This document shows positions 52,032 through 54,646 of a DNA stretch of 54,646 nt, one piece after another (the first letter of the stretch is position 1; each line of letters starts with the position of its first letter). The stretch comes from Octopus sinensis (lineage: Eukaryota), in assembly GCF_006345805.1 (NCBI RefSeq), contig NW_021833903.1, positions 1 to 54,646 on the forward strand. Direction: 5' to 3'. Below the pieces are notes generated by a model. The model was not told where the DNA came from. It ran no database searches and saw only the letters and a list, made by a program, of their open reading frames with translations. A program made the position numbers and the translations under genes.

Positions 52032-52234
52032 TAATTTATTTACTGCCATATGCCACGAAGACCACTGGCATATGTCAACGACGGGCGGAATACACTTAAG
52101 CATAGATCTGCTCCTTCAGAGTTAACTTGGGGCTGGATAACAGCAAGGTGTTCTTCACCTCAGTATCTGTAGAGGTAGTCAGGGATAGGAATTGCCATGT
52201 AGAACAGAAACAATTTAAAAATTACCTCCGTCCC

Positions 52235-52565
52235 TGTAACGAGGTGGGGGCCACCGAATTATCGGCCCAAAGACCAAACTCTCTTCGGCGAGCCCAGCAG
52301 CGATGTAGGGAACAGCGATTCACAGATGAAGCCCTTGTCGATGAATCGAGCAGCCATGCATATTTCCCATTTATAAATAGGGAGATAAACCAAAATTAAA
52401 AGAAGCCAAGTTGCAATGATTGGCGTCATAAAGAGCAAGCGATTGATTGGTTGAAGAGCAAATGACGTCAATATTCCCTGACATAATTCTGACGTCATTG
52501 GACAATTACCGACAGAAGCAGATAAAATGGTATGGCAAGATTTGGGACCGGGGAGAGGTCGGACA
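52235..52565. mobile_element. Possible solo LTR (TGT...ACA, 331 bp)
   Basis: Begins tgtaacg and ends tcggaca, and contains a CCAAT/CRE/TATA cluster. No target-site duplication was found. Confidence 0.35.
52367..52501 (-). promoter_or_regulatory. Cluster of CRE, CCAAT and TATA-like motifs
   Basis: TGACGTCA at 52463-52470 and 52490-52497, variant TGGCGTCA at 52421-52428, ATTGG at 52419, 52446 and 52497, palindromic ATTTATAAAT near 52368-52378. Confidence 0.4.
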
Positions 52566-52734
52566 TATTTCGAATGCTGTCTAAATGTTAAAACACTATT
52601 TTTCTCTTCTTTTGTTGCTAAACTTTTATTTATTTACTTAGTTATTGAGTTTCATAGTTAAATGTTGTTCCTCTTCATTTGCCATTTCTCCTCTGTCATG
52701 TCTCTACTCTTACTATCACTATTTTCTTCAACAT

Positions 52735-53110
52735 CTTCTTCTTCTTCTTCTTCTTCTTCTTCTTCTTCTTCTTCTTCTTCTTCTTCTTCTTCTTCTTCTT
52801 CTTCTTCTTTTTCTTCTTTTTCTTCTTCTTCTTCGTCGTCGTCGTCGTTGACTTCTTGTTCTTCTTCCTCTTTGTCTTCTTCTTCCTCCTCATCATCTTC
52901 TTCTCTGTCTTCTTCCTTTTCTTCTTCGTCATCATCTTCTCCTTCTTCTCCTCCTCTTCTCTTCATCTTCTTCTCCTTCGTCGTCACCATCTTCTTCTCC
53001 TCTTCAGTCTTCTCTTCTTCTTCTTCCCCTTCTTCTTCTTCTCCATCTTCTCTTCTTCTTCTGTCTTCTCCTCCTCTTCTCCTTCTTCTCCTCCTCCTCC
53101 TCCACCTTCT
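52735..53110. repeat. (TTC)n and degenerate pyrimidine-rich low-complexity tract
   Basis: Read directly from the sequence; source of the poly-E/S/F/K ORFs. Confidence 0.95.
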
Positions 53111-53304
53111 CATAATTCTTCTTCTTCACACACGCCTTTCAGATTTCCCTTCATCCATTCCAAATGACGCCCACACCCCCACCATCTACCCCCACATACC
53201 CCGTATTCTTGGCTGATTATTTTCTGACTGCCATCTCACGTTTTGCTCTTAAGTTTCTTCTATCTTGATAGCTTGTATGCTGACACTACGCGTTGGTGTC
53301 GATG

Positions 53305-53620
53305 TTAAAAGCTGGTATTGTACGCACGTGGTTTCGGGATCTCTCCCATCACGCGGCACTTGGTCTTCCAATGTAACTTCAGACCAACCAATGTCTTGTA
53401 AATGAATTTGGTAAGCGTACCAACGACAGTGAAAGCACGCAGTGTATATTTATGTGTTAATATGTGTGTGTGTATACACATACACATGACTTAGCGGTTT
53501 GCCAAAAGGAACCGACAGAATAAATACCAAACTTTAAAAAGGTACTGGAGTCAATTCGTTCGACTACAAGGTGGTGCCCAAGCATGGCCACAGTCTAATG
53601 ACTGAAACAAGTAAGGTACA
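53305..53620 (+). mobile_element. Diverged SINE (long family)
   Basis: gacttagcggtttgccaaaagg.accgacagaataa...gcatggccacagtctaatgactgaaacaagtaa tail. Confidence 0.8.
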
Positions 53621-53636
53621 AAGATACGTAGATATT

Positions 53637-53670
<34 letters not shown>

Positions 53671-53770
53671 TGCATATAGATATGCCCATGCACATACACG
53701 CACACGCTCGCACATGCATGTATACATATGCATACAAACACCCACATGTCTTTGTTTATGTATGCATATA

Positions 53771-53978
53771 CTCTTTTACTTGTTTCAGTCATTTGACTGC
53801 GGCCATGCTGGAGCACCGCCTTTTAGTCGAGCATATCGACCCTGGGACTTATTCTTTGTAAGCCCAGTACTTATTCTATCGGTCTTTTTTGCCGAACCGC
53901 TAAGTGACGGGGACGTAAACACACCAGCATCGGTTGTCAAGCAATGCTAGGGGGACAAACACAGACACACAAACACAT

Positions 53979-54011
<33 letters not shown>

Positions 54012-54173
54012 AATATTTACGACAGTCTTCTTTCAGTTTCCGTCTACCAAATCCACTCACAAGGCATTGGTCGGCCCGGGGCTATAGCAGAAGACACTTG
54101 CCCAAGATGACACGCAGTGGGACTGAACCCGGAACCATGTGGTTGGTTAGCAAGCTACTTACCACACATCCAC
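53771..54173 (-). mobile_element. Full-length young SINE (long family) with internal (CA)n/(TA)n
   Basis: Minus head gtggatgtgtggtaagtagcttgc...ccgggttcagtccc (A/B boxes), internal microsatellite at ~53965-54015, tail gactgaaacaagtaaaagag. Confidence 0.93.
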
Positions 54174-54646
54174 AAATACGCGCGCGCGCGCGCACACACA
54201 CACACACACACATAAAACAGGAGGAAGAGGAGTGAGGTAGAAGAGAGTGAAGATAGTTGCGTGGTTGAAGAGACAAGAGGAAATAATAAACGTGAAGTAA
54301 GACAAAGAGTGATTGATAACCAGCCAGTGTTAGAAACACACACACACACACTCACAAACACACACGCACTCACGCACACTCACGCACACACACACACACA
54401 AACAAACAAACAAACAAACAAACAAACAAACAAACAAACGTAGACACATCTATGTACGTGTGGTGGTATTTTTCCCAATCACAGCTCTATCTATATCAGT
54501 CTTTCGTTGTTATCTTTTCCTATTCTTTCTCTCGCAGCCATTATCATCTCCAGTTTCCTCCGTTCTTTTGAAGGCCTCCCTATCTCTTTCTTCTTACACC
54601 TGCTTCAGGCATATTGCTTTTCTCTATATATTCCATAAATGTCTGC

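Noticed and set aside
54178-54212. (CG)n-(CA)n run with Z-DNA potential
   Set aside because: A common microsatellite variant next to a SINE head; nothing suggests function.

Overview
AT-rich, repeat-saturated eukaryotic genomic DNA with no recognisable host-gene exon. The SINE families look like octopus OK/OR-type tRNA SINEs (recognised from memory, not by database search). The window contains dense microsatellites ((TA)n, (CA)n, (AGAT)n, (AAT)n, (CATA)n, (TTC)n), about 20 SINE copies, and at least 8 fragments of restriction-like-endonuclease (RLE, R4/Dong-like) non-LTR retrotransposons. It also holds fragments of Tx1/L1, RTE and CR1/L2-type LINEs, four Tc1/mariner relics, a Sola-like transposase relic, two Helentron/HINE-like elements, MITE/foldback elements and a possible solo LTR. 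Nearly all long ORFs in the track are microsatellite read-throughs; the real coding relics are all transposon-derived. Main candidates for follow-up: (1) a ~540-bp unit at 1409-2868, present as two tandem copies plus one head-to-head inverted copy, each carrying a minimal type-I hammerhead-ribozyme core with a palindromic stem III (Penelope pLTR/retrozyme-like); (2) two RLE retrotransposons bounded at both ends by (CATA)n, alongside (TAA)n-embedded Dong-like lineages, suggesting a second microsatellite target specificity; (3) several fold-back/palindromic structures. Some near-identical duplicates differ mainly by single-base indels and could be long-read assembly artefacts.
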